Assembly: GCA_964405665.1 (NCBI GenBank)
Contig: CAYOOT010000003.1
Location: forward strand, 6,060 to 70,059
Direction: 5' to 3'
Length of the DNA: 64,000 bases
Source of the DNA: an uncultured Bdellovibrionales bacterium
Lineage (GTDB): Bacteria; Bdellovibrionota_C; UBA2361; SZUA-149; CAZDWZ01
This document shows, in pieces, positions 9,818 to 18,694 of this stretch. The translations under genes and the position numbers were made by a program. The notes below the pieces were generated by a model, which saw nothing but the letters and a program-made list of their open reading frames with translations, made no database searches and was not told the DNA's origin. How positions within the stretch are numbered: the stretch's first letter is position 1; every line of letters starts with the position of its first letter.

Positions 9818-11197
9818 TTAACTAGGCTTACCAATCAAACCAGTAGATAATCCAATAAAGAAACGATTACCTTCATAGTCTTGGGTATTGTTGAGTAGTT
9901 GTTGAGTAAGATTTTGGTTATCAGCATCTTGATTTACATAATTCCAACCAGCAGATAAAGCAATTGATTCTGTCAGGCTATATTGAATTGCTGTTGTTAA
10001 ATCAAAACGTTCTGTGGGATCTTTTAAAGAGTCTCCAACATTATACTGCAAGAACCTTCCGCCAAGATTCAATTTTACTCGATCACCAATTGATTTTGTG
10101 GCATCAAGTCCGATAGTTCGAGTTAAAAGTCTGTCCCCATCAATATCTGTTCTTCTCGATTGATCAATTGCTAAACGAAATAAGGCCGAAGGATCGGGCA
10201 CATATTCCAGTTCTCCCCCAAAAATAAATGCTAAGTCACCTTGATCCACTCCTAAAGGAACATCCATAATAGTTCCATCGTCTTGTAAAACAGGACCGGA
10301 GGTATCTTGCGGTTTGTTTTTAAAGCGGGAATAATTAATACCAACATTTGTCTTAAAAGTTACTTGTTTACTTAGTATGTATTTTGTTTTGATTCCTGTT
10401 TGTGTTTCATTGCGATCTAAATCATCTTCATCTTGTTCCACAACACTGCCTGATTCAACTTTGGTGTAACTATAATTTTTTAAACCACCGTAAATTCCTG
10501 CTTCAAAATTTTCAAATACCAGATGAGTAATTGAAGCATCAAGGGAATTAAGAAAATAATCAGCACCTCTTGGTTTAATTCTATTTTCAAAAATACCTAA
10601 ATCTTCATCAGCATTATTATTAAAGGTAAAATCTTCAAGAAATTTATTATAATTAAATGAATAGCTGGCATCCAAATCTGTTGCTTGAGCAAGCTTTACA
10701 TCTTTTACACCCATAATTAAACTCAAAGTATAAGTTTCTGATTGCCGAGCACTGGTTCCATCAGCAACTCCAATACCATCGGACTGAGATTTTATGGAAT
10801 TTAAAAAGCTAATATAAAATGGTTCTGGAATTAATGTTTTTTCTGAATCCATGCTTAAAACACCATCCAAAATTAAACGACTTTCGTCAGTTTGATCAGC
10901 AAAAATCAAAGCACCAATTTTTCCATCAGCTGCAGTCTTAATGTAAGGACTTAAAGGAATATTTCCTGATGCACCCAAATAAACATTGGTGATCAAATCA
11001 TCTTGCGGATCCCCGTCTATTTGTTCTGGTAAAATAAAATCATCTGGCAAATTAGAAACATCTACTTTTTTATCATCTTCCAGATAAATATTATCATCGT
11101 AAATTTCTTGCACACCCAAGCTAAGCACTGTTTGAGCATTGGCTAGAGAAATATTTAAAAAATTAATTAATGCTAGAGTAATAATATATCTTTTCAT
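9818..11197 (-). CDS. Outer-membrane beta-barrel protein, probably of the polysaccharide-export-associated type
   Basis: Signal peptide, N-terminal EIYDDNIY motif, alternating amphipathic strands, C-terminal DYEGNRFFIGL. Confidence 0.6.
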   Translation of the reverse strand: MKRYIITLALINFLNISLANAQTVLSLGVQEIYDDNIYLEDDKKVDVSNLPDDFILPEQIDGDPQDDLITNVYLGASGNIPLSPYIKTAADGKIGALIFADQTDESRLILDGVLSMDSEKTLIPEPFYISFLNSIKSQSDGIGVADGTSARQSETYTLSLIMGVKDVKLAQATDLDASYSFNYNKFLEDFTFNNNADEDLGIFENRIKPRGADYFLNSLDASITHLVFENFEAGIYGGLKNYSYTKVESGSVVEQDEDDLDRNETQTGIKTKYILSKQVTFKTNVGINYSRFKNKPQDTSGPVLQDDGTIMDVPLGVDQGDLAFIFGGELEYVPDPSALFRLAIDQSRRTDIDGDRLLTRTIGLDATKSIGDRVKLNLGGRFLQYNVGDSLKDPTERFDLTTAIQYSLTESIALSAGWNYVNQDADNQNLTQQLLNNTQDYEGNRFFIGLSTGLIGKPS

Positions 11198-11281
11198 AGC
11201 TACCTTCTATTAATCAGAATTCCTAATAAAAATAAGGGATAACGGCTCATTTTTGTTTAAACTATAAGAAATATTACTATC

Positions 11282-11309
11282 TTTAGAAAATTTTGCGCAA
11301 TGCCGATTA
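11282..11309 (+). promoter_or_regulatory. Putative sigma28 (FliA) promoter
   Basis: TTTAG-N15-GCCGATTA upstream of a hypothetical gene and the FlhB-C-like gene. Confidence 0.55.
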
Positions 11310-11384
11310 TTAATCTAAGCAGAAAAAAACTCAAGAATATTGAGCTAACTATATTTTAAAAGCCTTAAATTACAGGAGAGCTCA

Positions 11385-11846
11385 GTGAGATCAGAGCCGG
11401 TTAATTCAAAAAAAGCAGCTTATATTAAAAAAAGGTTAGAAAAATCTAAGATAGACCCTGCTTTGCAAAATGCTGCAATTAGAACAGCGTTTGTAGCCAG
11501 GTTTATTATTCTGAGAGAAGGAAGAAGGTCTCGGGCCCATAGAATTATTGAACAAATGTCTTGGCAAGAAAACTCGACTGCAGAAGTATTATATAAAATG
11601 TTTCGCCAAGCTTTTGTGGAAAATGGCGATAAACTTTTATCTGTAGATAGAGACCTAAGAAGATCTCTTGATCATGCTTATTCCTCTGTGGGACACTTTG
11701 TAGATCAATATCTGGGTCGTTCCGGCTTAAGTTTTCAAGAAGCATTAATCGATTATGAGAGAAGCAACGTGTTGCTTTTTGGTGAAGAGGATCTTCCTCG
11801 AAGTGGTGGATGGAGACTTCCTAGTGATATTAAACGAGAACAATAA
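11385..11846 (+). CDS. Hypothetical protein (153 aa)
   Basis: AGGAG RBS before a GTG start; apparently co-transcribed with the next gene; no recognised family. Confidence 0.65.
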   Translation: MRSEPVNSKKAAYIKKRLEKSKIDPALQNAAIRTAFVARFIILREGRRSRAHRIIEQMSWQENSTAEVLYKMFRQAFVENGDKLLSVDRDLRRSLDHAYSSVGHFVDQYLGRSGLSFQEALIDYERSNVLLFGEEDLPRSGGWRLPSDIKREQ

Positions 11847-11858
11847 AGATCAGTAAAT

Positions 11859-12158
11859 ATGAGCGAAAGAAGACAACAAGCAGTAGCATTGCAATATGCA
11901 CTCGAAGACAGAGCTCCGCATGTTGTAGCCAGTGGAATTGGAGCGATTGCCCAAAGGATCCTGAAAATTGCCCAAGAAAATAATATTCCCATAAAAAAGG
12001 ATGATGATTTAGTTAAAATCCTTTCTCAATTAAAAATTGGTTTTGAAATTCCAGAGGAAACTTATCAAGCAGTGGCTGAAATACTTGCTTTTTTATATCG
12101 TACAGATTCTTTATGGAAGAAAAGAACTGAAGCTTTAGGTAAAAGTTGTAGTGAATAA
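11859..12158 (+). CDS. Stand-alone FlhB C-terminal-domain protein (EscU/YscU/FlhX-YlqH type)
   Basis: AVALQY...APHVVASG.G.IAQRI...A.ENNIP...EIPEETYQAVAEILAF. Confidence 0.9.
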   Translation: MSERRQQAVALQYALEDRAPHVVASGIGAIAQRILKIAQENNIPIKKDDDLVKILSQLKIGFEIPEETYQAVAEILAFLYRTDSLWKKRTEALGKSCSE

Positions 12159-12201
12159 TAATATTTTTGAAAGTATTCAAATGTGTTTATATACTTAACA
12201 C

Positions 12202-12230
12202 TTGAAAACTCAGCAGTTTAAAAGTATAAC
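12202..12230 (+). promoter_or_regulatory. Putative sigma70 promoter of ahcY
   Basis: TTGAAA-N17-TATAAC about 36 nt upstream of the ATG. Confidence 0.5.
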
Positions 12231-12266
12231 TATGAAAAACAATCATTATATTAAAGGGTAAATATT

Positions 12267-13598
12267 ATGTCAGCAGTGGCCAATTTGAAAGTTAAAGATA
12301 ATCAAGATTACAAAGTAGCAGATATTGGTCTTGCTGAAGCAGGAAGAAAAGCTATTGGACTTGCGGAGAAAGAAATGCCCGGACTAATGGCCTTGAGAGA
12401 AGAATTCGGAACAAGTAAACCTCTTAAAGGTGCGAGAATTACTGGCTGTTTACATATGACAGTTGAAACCGCCGTCTTAATCGAAACTCTTATTCATTTG
12501 GGAGCGGAAGTTCGCTGGTCAAGTTGTAATATTTTTTCAACTCAAGATCACGCAGCAGCAGCAATAGCTGCAGCAGGAATTCCAGTATTTGCTTGGAAAG
12601 GTGAAACAGAAGAAGAATATTGGTGGTGTGTTGAACAAACAGTTACTGGTTTTAGCGGTGGAAAAAGTTTAAATATGATTTTAGATGACGGTGGTGATTT
12701 AACAGTTTTAGTTCACCAAAAATTTCCTGAATTACTAAAAGAAGTAGAAGGTGTTTCAGAAGAAACAACAACTGGAGTGCATAGACTCTACCAAATGCAT
12801 GCTAAGGGCGAATTAAAATGTCCTGCATTTAACGTCAATGACTCAGTAACAAAATCTAAGTTTGATAATCTTTATGGTTGCCGTGAATCTTTAGGAGATG
12901 GAATCAAAAGGGCAACTGATGTGATGATTGCGGGAAAAGTTGTTGTTGTTGCTGGTTTTGGAGATGTGGGCAAAGGATGTGCTGAAGCGATGAAAGGCTT
13001 GGGAGCAAGAGTGATCATTACTGAAATTGACCCAATTATTGCACTACAAGCGGCAATGGAAGGCTTTCAAGTTCTGACAATGGAAGAAGCAGCTCCACTG
13101 GCAGACATTATCGTTACTGCAACTGGTTGCTGTGGGGTAGTGACAGGAAAGCATTTTGAACTAATGAAGGACCATTCAATTCTTTGTAATATCGGACACT
13201 TTGATTCTGAAATAGATATGCATTGGCTCACTTCCAATAAATCTGTAAAAGTAACAAATATCAAAGCGCAAGTTGATAAATTTACTCTTCCCAATGGAAA
13301 GAATTTAATTATTTTAGCCAGTGGCCGTTTGGTCAATCTTGGTTGCGCTACAGGGCATCCCAGTTTTGTAATGTCTTGCTCATTTACCAATCAGGTCTTG
13401 GCCCAAATCGCTCTTTGGACTGAAAAAGGTAAATATCCTGTGGGTGTGCATGTTCTTCCAAAAGAGCTTGATGAAAAAGTAGCCCGACTTCATTTAGGAA
13501 AACTTGGAGTGAAACTCACAACCTTGACTAAAGAACAAGCTGAGTATCTGGGAGTTTCTGTCAATGGTCCATATAAGCCGGATCATTACAGATATTAA
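12267..13598 (+). CDS. ahcY: S-adenosyl-L-homocysteine hydrolase
   Basis: [52 protein letters not shown]-terminal YRY. Confidence 0.98.
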   Translation: MSAVANLKVKDNQDYKVADIGLAEAGRKAIGLAEKEMPGLMALREEFGTSKPLKGARITGCLHMTVETAVLIETLIHLGAEVRWSSCNIFSTQDHAAAAIAAAGIPVFAWKGETEEEYWWCVEQTVTGFSGGKSLNMILDDGGDLTVLVHQKFPELLKEVEGVSEETTTGVHRLYQMHAKGELKCPAFNVNDSVTKSKFDNLYGCRESLGDGIKRATDVMIAGKVVVVAGFGDVGKGCAEAMKGLGARVIITEIDPIIALQAAMEGFQVLTMEEAAPLADIIVTATGCCGVVTGKHFELMKDHSILCNIGHFDSEIDMHWLTSNKSVKVTNIKAQVDKFTLPNGKNLIILASGRLVNLGCATGHPSFVMSCSFTNQVLAQIALWTEKGKYPVGVHVLPKELDEKVARLHLGKLGVKLTTLTKEQAEYLGVSVNGPYKPDHYRY

Positions 13599-13606
13599 AC
13601 AATCAT

Positions 13607-13706
13607 CTAGGGGCAGGTCTTGTGACTGCCTGTTTTGCCATTATCTTTGGTAATTCCGGGCAGGTATCCTTCGGTAAGCTCAGGACAAGAAAAACCTGGC
13701 ACTACG
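13607..13706. repeat. Degenerate GTAG-family REPIN interrupted by a second short repeat
   Basis: Left arm TAGGGGCAGGTCTTGTGACTGCC. The right arm GGGCAGGTA...AAAACCTGGCACTAC is split by TCCTTCGGTAAGCTCAGGACAAG (~13667-13689). Confidence 0.65.
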
Positions 13707-13787
13707 TAAGATCTGACCAACATCAAATAAGAAACTTTTTCTAATTCTATGCGAAAAGACTAAGCAGAACTTTCTAAACGGAGAGAT

Positions 13788-14888
13788 ATGCTTAGTCAAA
13801 ACAATTCTTTTGATTCCATCAAACTAGTTTTTCTTGCTTTAGTTCTATCGGAATTTCCTAATATCGGAAAAATTAGAAAATTATTCTTTGAACTTAAGAC
13901 CTCCGGTTCAGACGAAGAAATTTTTAAGATCCTAGGCACAAAAATCAAGCTTCACTTTTGGAAACAAGCTGAAATTGAATTAAATTTAGCGAGGCAGAAG
14001 GGAATTGAAGTTTTTTGCATCGCCGAAGCCGATTACCCAGAAAAATTAAGACACATTCCCGATCCTCCTCTAGTAATTTTTGTTCAAGGGAATTTAAATG
14101 TTAAAAACTCTGTTGCTATTGTCGGTTCCAGAAAATGCAGTCAATATGGTCTCAATGTAGCAAGAAACACTGCAAAGGAATTATGCAGTTCAGGAATTTC
14201 CGTAGTAAGTGGACTTGCTTTTGGAATTGATTGTGCTGCTCATTCTGGAACATTAGAGACAAAACATTATCCAGGAGTTGCCGTATTAGGAAGTGGTCTT
14301 TTGCATGTTGCGCCAAAATCCAATTTGGAAATAGCCGAACGTTTACTGGAAGCGGGTGGGGCTTTAGTTTCTGAATATCCATTGAACACAAATGCCCAGA
14401 GTTATTTTTTCCCGGAAAGAAATAGAATTGTTAGCGGCTTAAGTGATCTCGTTTTAATTGTCGAAGCAGCAGAAAAAAGTGGTTCTTTAATTACTGCGCG
14501 GCTGGCCTTGGAGCAGGGAAGGGAGGTCTTTGCGGTTCCTGGTCAAATAACTTCTAGCTTTAGTTTGGGTACTAATAATTTAATTCGAGAAGGAGCTAAA
14601 ATTTTTTCTCATACTAAAGATCTTCTAGAATTTTTTCCGGAGATTAAGCAAAATAAAGTTTATAACAACAAAAATATATTAAAAAATTTGTCTGCCGAGC
14701 AAAAGCAAGTTTACGAGCTTATTTCTGCAGAAATTGAAATTTCTAAGGAAGATCTGGCCTACAAAATAAATTTTTCCACAAAACTTTTAACTCAAATTAT
14801 CTCTCAACTGGAACTAAGTGGCTTAATTAACTTAAATTATAACGCATGCCTAGAAATAAACCAAAAGTTGACAGATCCTGATTTTTAA
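13788..14888 (+). CDS. dprA: DNA-processing protein DprA (Smf)
   Basis: YPEKL..IPDPP, VAIVGSR, VVSGLAFGID..AH, FPERNRIVSGLS, SGSLITA..A.EQGREVFAVPG. Confidence 0.96.
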   Translation: MLSQNNSFDSIKLVFLALVLSEFPNIGKIRKLFFELKTSGSDEEIFKILGTKIKLHFWKQAEIELNLARQKGIEVFCIAEADYPEKLRHIPDPPLVIFVQGNLNVKNSVAIVGSRKCSQYGLNVARNTAKELCSSGISVVSGLAFGIDCAAHSGTLETKHYPGVAVLGSGLLHVAPKSNLEIAERLLEAGGALVSEYPLNTNAQSYFFPERNRIVSGLSDLVLIVEAAEKSGSLITARLALEQGREVFAVPGQITSSFSLGTNNLIREGAKIFSHTKDLLEFFPEIKQNKVYNNKNILKNLSAEQKQVYELISAEIEISKEDLAYKINFSTKLLTQIISQLELSGLINLNYNACLEINQKLTDPDF

Positions 14889-14917
14889 GCAATTTAGTGG
14901 TGCTGTTTTTAGAGTAT

Positions 14918-14994
14918 GGTGGACGTAGCTCAGTTGGTAGAGCGCCGGATTGTGGTTCCGGTGGTCGTGGGTTCAAATCCCATCGTTCACCCCA
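14918..14994 (+). tRNA. tRNA-His (GTG), with encoded G-1 and CCA
   Basis: Acceptor GTGGACG/CGTTCAC, anticodon arm CCGGA-TTGTGGT-TCCGG, T-loop GTTCAAATC, C73 then CCA. Confidence 0.97.
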
Positions 14995-15054
14995 CCCGCC
15001 TCCATTTAATTCGTCCGGGCCTTCGGCCGGGACGAATTAAATGGGGCGAGGTGG
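14992..15054. repeat. Long imperfect hairpin overlapping the tRNA-His 3' end
   Basis: CCACCCGCCTCCATTTAATTCGTCC-GGGCC-TTCG-GCCG-GGACGAATTAAATGGGGCGAGGTGG. Confidence 0.75.
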
Positions 15055-15189
15055 ATCTCGACCCTTGAGCACCCAAGAATTTCAAACGAAGTATCTATAC
15101 TTCTGGTGCGAAAGGGGCGGACCGTACTAGTTAATTCTTCAGTATTCTTTCAAGAAACATTTCCTTATTTTCTTCGATTATTCTTATAT

Positions 15190-15435
15190 ATGTTCTACGT
15201 CTACATTCTTAAAAGCAAATCAAAAAACGATAGTTTTTATGTCGGCTACACTTCCGATCTAAAACGTCGCTTAGCGGCACACAATCGAGGAGATTCAATC
15301 TATACTTCAAAACATAGTCCATGGAAATTAATTAACTATTTTGCCTTCATCAACCGCAAGAAAGCAGAAGAATTTGAAATCTATCTCAAAACTTCTTCGG
15401 GTCGAAAATTTCAACATCGCCATTTTGGGGAATAA
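15190..15435 (+). CDS. Small GIY-YIG nuclease family protein (UPF0213-like)
   Basis: MFYVYILKS...FYVGYTSDLKRRL..HN.G...YT...PWKL...A..FE.YLK..SGR. The true start is probably the ATG at 15190 rather than 15106. Confidence 0.92.
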   Translation: MFYVYILKSKSKNDSFYVGYTSDLKRRLAAHNRGDSIYTSKHSPWKLINYFAFINRKKAEEFEIYLKTSSGRKFQHRHFGE

Positions 15436-15574
15436 TTAGGGAATTATCTCTTGCTCTTTTTTGTCAAAAAGCTCTAAAAAACCTTAGCCGTACCTCAATG
15501 TAAAAAATTTCTTTTATTAATATTTGAGTATAGGGTAATCCTTCGCAAAACTCTGCTGCAACTATGGAGGCTCC

Positions 15575-16333
15575 TTGAAAAACGAGACCAAAGAAATTTT
15601 AAGTAAAGTTCCTGAAGTCACCTTGATTTTTTGGATAATTAAAATTGCGGCAACGACCCTAGGGGAAACCGGCGGCGATGCTGTCTCAATGTCAATGGAC
15701 CTTGGTTATTTAGTTGGAACTGAGATTTTTGCTGCAATCTTCGCCCTAGCTGCTTTTACCCAAATTTCTGCCAAAAGATTTCATCCGTTTTTGTACTGGT
15801 TAACAATTGTTGCTACAACCACTGTTGGCACGACTTTGGCTGACTTCGCTGATCGTTCATTAGATATAGGTTATGCAGGCGGTTCAGCACTCTTGCTCAC
15901 CTTGCTTACCGGATCGTTGCTAGTCTGGTATAAATCCCTGGGAACAGTATCAATTAATTCTGTGAGTTCAAGAAAAGCAGAAATGTTTTATTGGGTAACT
16001 ATTATGTTCTCTCAAACCCTGGGAACTGCGCTTGGCGATTGGACTGCTGATACTGCAGGTATCGGTTACTTGGGAAGTGCCTTATTGTTTAGTGTACTTC
16101 TAGCTCTTGTTGTCGTTGCTTACTATCGGACAAAAATATCACATACGGTGCTGTTCTGGGCGGCTTTTGTTCTGACGCGTCCTCTTGGTGCTGTAGTGGG
16201 AGATTTTTTGGATAAACCAATCGAGGATGGTGGACTTGCGTTAAGCCGTTACTCTGCTTCGACAGAACTCTTTATGTTTATGATAGTTTGCATTTTAATT
16301 TTCCCTCAGCGAGCTGCAAAGACTGTGCATTGA
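15575..16333 (+). CDS. Membrane protein, COG4705/DUF347-repeat family
   Basis: SKVPEVTL.FWIIKI.ATTLGETGGD, YW...SQTLGTALGD, FW.AFVLTRPLGA..GD; GGAGG RBS before a TTG start. Confidence 0.85.
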   Translation: MKNETKEILSKVPEVTLIFWIIKIAATTLGETGGDAVSMSMDLGYLVGTEIFAAIFALAAFTQISAKRFHPFLYWLTIVATTTVGTTLADFADRSLDIGYAGGSALLLTLLTGSLLVWYKSLGTVSINSVSSRKAEMFYWVTIMFSQTLGTALGDWTADTAGIGYLGSALLFSVLLALVVVAYYRTKISHTVLFWAAFVLTRPLGAVVGDFLDKPIEDGGLALSRYSASTELFMFMIVCILIFPQRAAKTVH

Positions 16334-16436
16334 TCAACTATCGATGATGATTTCATTGTAGCCTACAAGCTGTGTTCTTGATACTTGCAATCTCCCACTT
16401 TTCTTAATCAGATCATACTTGCCCTCTGTTTAAAGT

Positions 16437-17144
16437 TTATTTCCGCAATTCTGTAGAATCTTCAACTTCATTTCTTAGCTTGCTCCGATAAGCAAAATGT
16501 GCACCAACCAAACCTCCAATCAACATCGCAAAATAAAATTGACCGCAGACTGCTTCAATTGTACCTAAACAACGAATTAAAGAAGTGTGGGCACTAATGG
16601 CACTCATTGATACTGTGGTAATGGTAGATAAACTGAACTGAAAAAAATCACCCAAAGTAAAAGGTATAGTGCTGTCTCCAGAAAAAGAAGATGGGTCTAT
16701 TATCCAAATAAAATTGTAGAGAAATCCCCACCAGATTCCCAAGAGCAAATATAAAGCGAAAGATGCACACAAATGCTCTGACCCAATTAAGTTTTTAGCA
16801 ATTAAAGTATATACATTCTTAAAAATAAATGTTCCGATCAAAAGTAAAAGTGAAATATCTTCAAATTGTCTAAAAAGGGAAGCCTCAGCAGGAAAGATGT
16901 TGTCCAGCCAAATCATACAAAACGCTGTACCCGCAACTATCGATCCCCAGATTGAGAAAGTTATTCCATCATAGGAAATACTAAGAAAGAGCATTAAGAC
17001 AAAGAATGTTGAAATGCAATCGATCCAGGAAGAATGGGCAGTGGACTCTTCAAAAAGTCCGTGGCAAGCAAAAAGAATGAGTGCCAAAACAAGAAGAATT
17101 ACAGCACGGTGTTTTTTTATAAAAATGGAATTTGCAGCTATCAT
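16437..17144 (-). CDS. Membrane protein with an ion-channel (Ion_trans_2-like) C-terminal domain
   Basis: Several TM helices; YLLLG..W...Y, FS..TITTV, EAVCGQFYFA.LIG.LVG pattern. The selectivity-filter region reads TVSMS instead of TxGYG. Confidence 0.65.
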   Translation of the reverse strand: MIAANSIFIKKHRAVILLVLALILFACHGLFEESTAHSSWIDCISTFFVLMLFLSISYDGITFSIWGSIVAGTAFCMIWLDNIFPAEASLFRQFEDISLLLLIGTFIFKNVYTLIAKNLIGSEHLCASFALYLLLGIWWGFLYNFIWIIDPSSFSGDSTIPFTLGDFFQFSLSTITTVSMSAISAHTSLIRCLGTIEAVCGQFYFAMLIGGLVGAHFAYRSKLRNEVEDSTELRK

Positions 17145-17276
17145 GTAGGAAATTGACTTGTCACAGTGAGCCTATATTCAAAAATACTTAAGAACTCATT
17201 TTTATCAATTTTAAGAATGTTCTAATAATTTACTTCAAAGCTTTTTGTGTTATAAATAGCCTTTTAGGAATAAGCT

Positions 17277-17714
17277 TTGAAAAAATTACACTTTCGGAAA
17301 ATTGCATTATTTATTTTAGTAGCATTTGCTCTCATTCAGCTTATTCCAGTAGATCGTTCTAATCCCGCGATTGAATCTGAAATTATAGCTCCTCCTGAAA
17401 TACAAAACATCTTGCGTAAATCCTGTTATGACTGTCATTCCAACGAAACTGTATGGCCTTGGTATAGTAAAGTTGCACCAGTGTCTTGGTTACTTACTTC
17501 TGATATTGACGAGGGTCGTAATGAAGTAAATTTTTCCACTTGGGGGAATTATAATGCTAAACGACAAACTAAGATGTTGAAAGAAAGTTTGGAGGAGGTG
17601 AGTGAAAATGAAATGCCACCTTGGAGCTATTTACTAATGCATAAAAACGCCGTTCTTTCGGCAGAGGAGCGAGAACTTTTTCGTAAATGGATTATTGAAG
17701 TAACAACAAAATAA
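17277..17714 (+). CDS. Haem-binding domain protein (c-type cytochrome, Haem_bd family)
   Basis: IQLIP..R.NP, CYDCHSN.T.WPWYS..APVSW, NFS.W, MPP.SY...H. Confidence 0.88.
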   Translation: MKKLHFRKIALFILVAFALIQLIPVDRSNPAIESEIIAPPEIQNILRKSCYDCHSNETVWPWYSKVAPVSWLLTSDIDEGRNEVNFSTWGNYNAKRQTKMLKESLEEVSENEMPPWSYLLMHKNAVLSAEERELFRKWIIEVTTK

Positions 17715-17728
17715 AAGATTCCTCTTAA

Positions 17729-18050
17729 TTAATGAATAATTGCTGCAAGAGTTTGTTGTGCTGTTTCTTCACGCTGTTCTTTTAAAGGCAGTTTTTCAAA
17801 ATCTCCTCGAAGAACCTTAAGTGCATATCTTTCAGTATTTATTTCATCGGCTGTTCTTACACCCAAACGCCTAAAAACAGGAAGTGGAGGACACCAACCT
17901 TGTATCACATGTTGCATAAAAAAGCTTTGAACCGCTATTGGTAAAAGAAGCCAACGACGATTAAAAGTCAGAGCCATAAAAAGGCCTAAAAGTGAAATAC
18001 CTGAGGATCCGGTTTCTAAAACACGTTCAATATCCCACTCGTAATCTAAT
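17729..18050 (-). pseudogene. 5'-truncated DUF2892-like membrane protein gene
   Basis: The frame extends upstream of the tracked ATG as LDYEWDIERVLETGSSGISLLGLF into QHVIQGWCPPLPVFRRLGVRT..EI..ERYALK. Further upstream it becomes AT-rich sequence and meets a stop at ~18101 with no start codon. Confidence 0.65.
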
Positions 18051-18138
18051 GAGAGAAAATAAATTTTATAATCATTCTGAAAATTTATAAAATAAAATAC
18101 TCATTGACCAAGATCATAGTAAAAAAACATCATCTCAG

Positions 18139-18274
18139 CTAGATTTTAGATGTTGTGAAGATTGAGAGTTATCACTCTTGAAGAAGTTAAGTGAGTAAAA
18201 GGTGAAAACTGATTACTTTCTTGACTGAACAACAAAAGCCCCGGTTGTAGTTCTTAACCGGGGTGTTTTATTTT
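18139..18274 (+). ncRNA. Candidate small RNA, copy 1 (ends in an intrinsic terminator)
   Basis: Shares ordered motifs with 18376-18521; terminal hairpin CCCCGGTT/AACCGGGG followed by a T-rich tail. Confidence 0.35.
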
Positions 18275-18375
18275 GTGACAACTTCTTTAAATCTTAGTTA
18301 TATATTAAGTTTACAAATCTAAAGTCTCTTATTACGTGATTGCAATCATATCAAAAAAAGTAAATACTCTGTATT

Positions 18376-18521
18376 CTAGATTCATGTCGTAATTTCTTAA
18401 TCAGGAGCAATAAACTCTTGTTAGAAAGTTCAGTGAGTGAAGCAAAGATAAAACTTTAATGATCTCATGTGAATGTAAACGGCGGAACCCCTGGTGATCA
18501 ACAAGATTGCCCGGGGTTTTT
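18376..18521 (+). ncRNA. Candidate small RNA, copy 2 (ends in an intrinsic terminator)
   Basis: Preceded by TTGCAA-N17-AATACT; terminal hairpin AACCCCTGG.../...CCGGGGTTTTT. Confidence 0.35.
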
Positions 18522-18694
18522 CACTTGCAGAAAACTCTATTTTTAAAAAATTATTTTTTATAAGCACCCCTGCTGTATAAGGGCGCATAGGTCTTCGTCA
18601 TTGGTTTTTTCTTTTCCTCTGATTTGCCACCACATTTATGTCTTTTATTGCTTACTTGATGTTATACTCGGCAGAAAAAGAGAGGATATCAATT

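Noticed and set aside
12160-12266. Possible SAH or SAM riboswitch upstream of ahcY
   Set aside because: The leader is short and AT-rich, the predicted promoter lies ~36 nt from the start, and I saw no riboswitch core motifs.
15106-15189. N-terminal extension of the GIY-YIG ORF from the GTG at 15106
   Set aside because: The family pattern starts at MFYVYIL (15190); the extension runs through repeat-like non-coding sequence.
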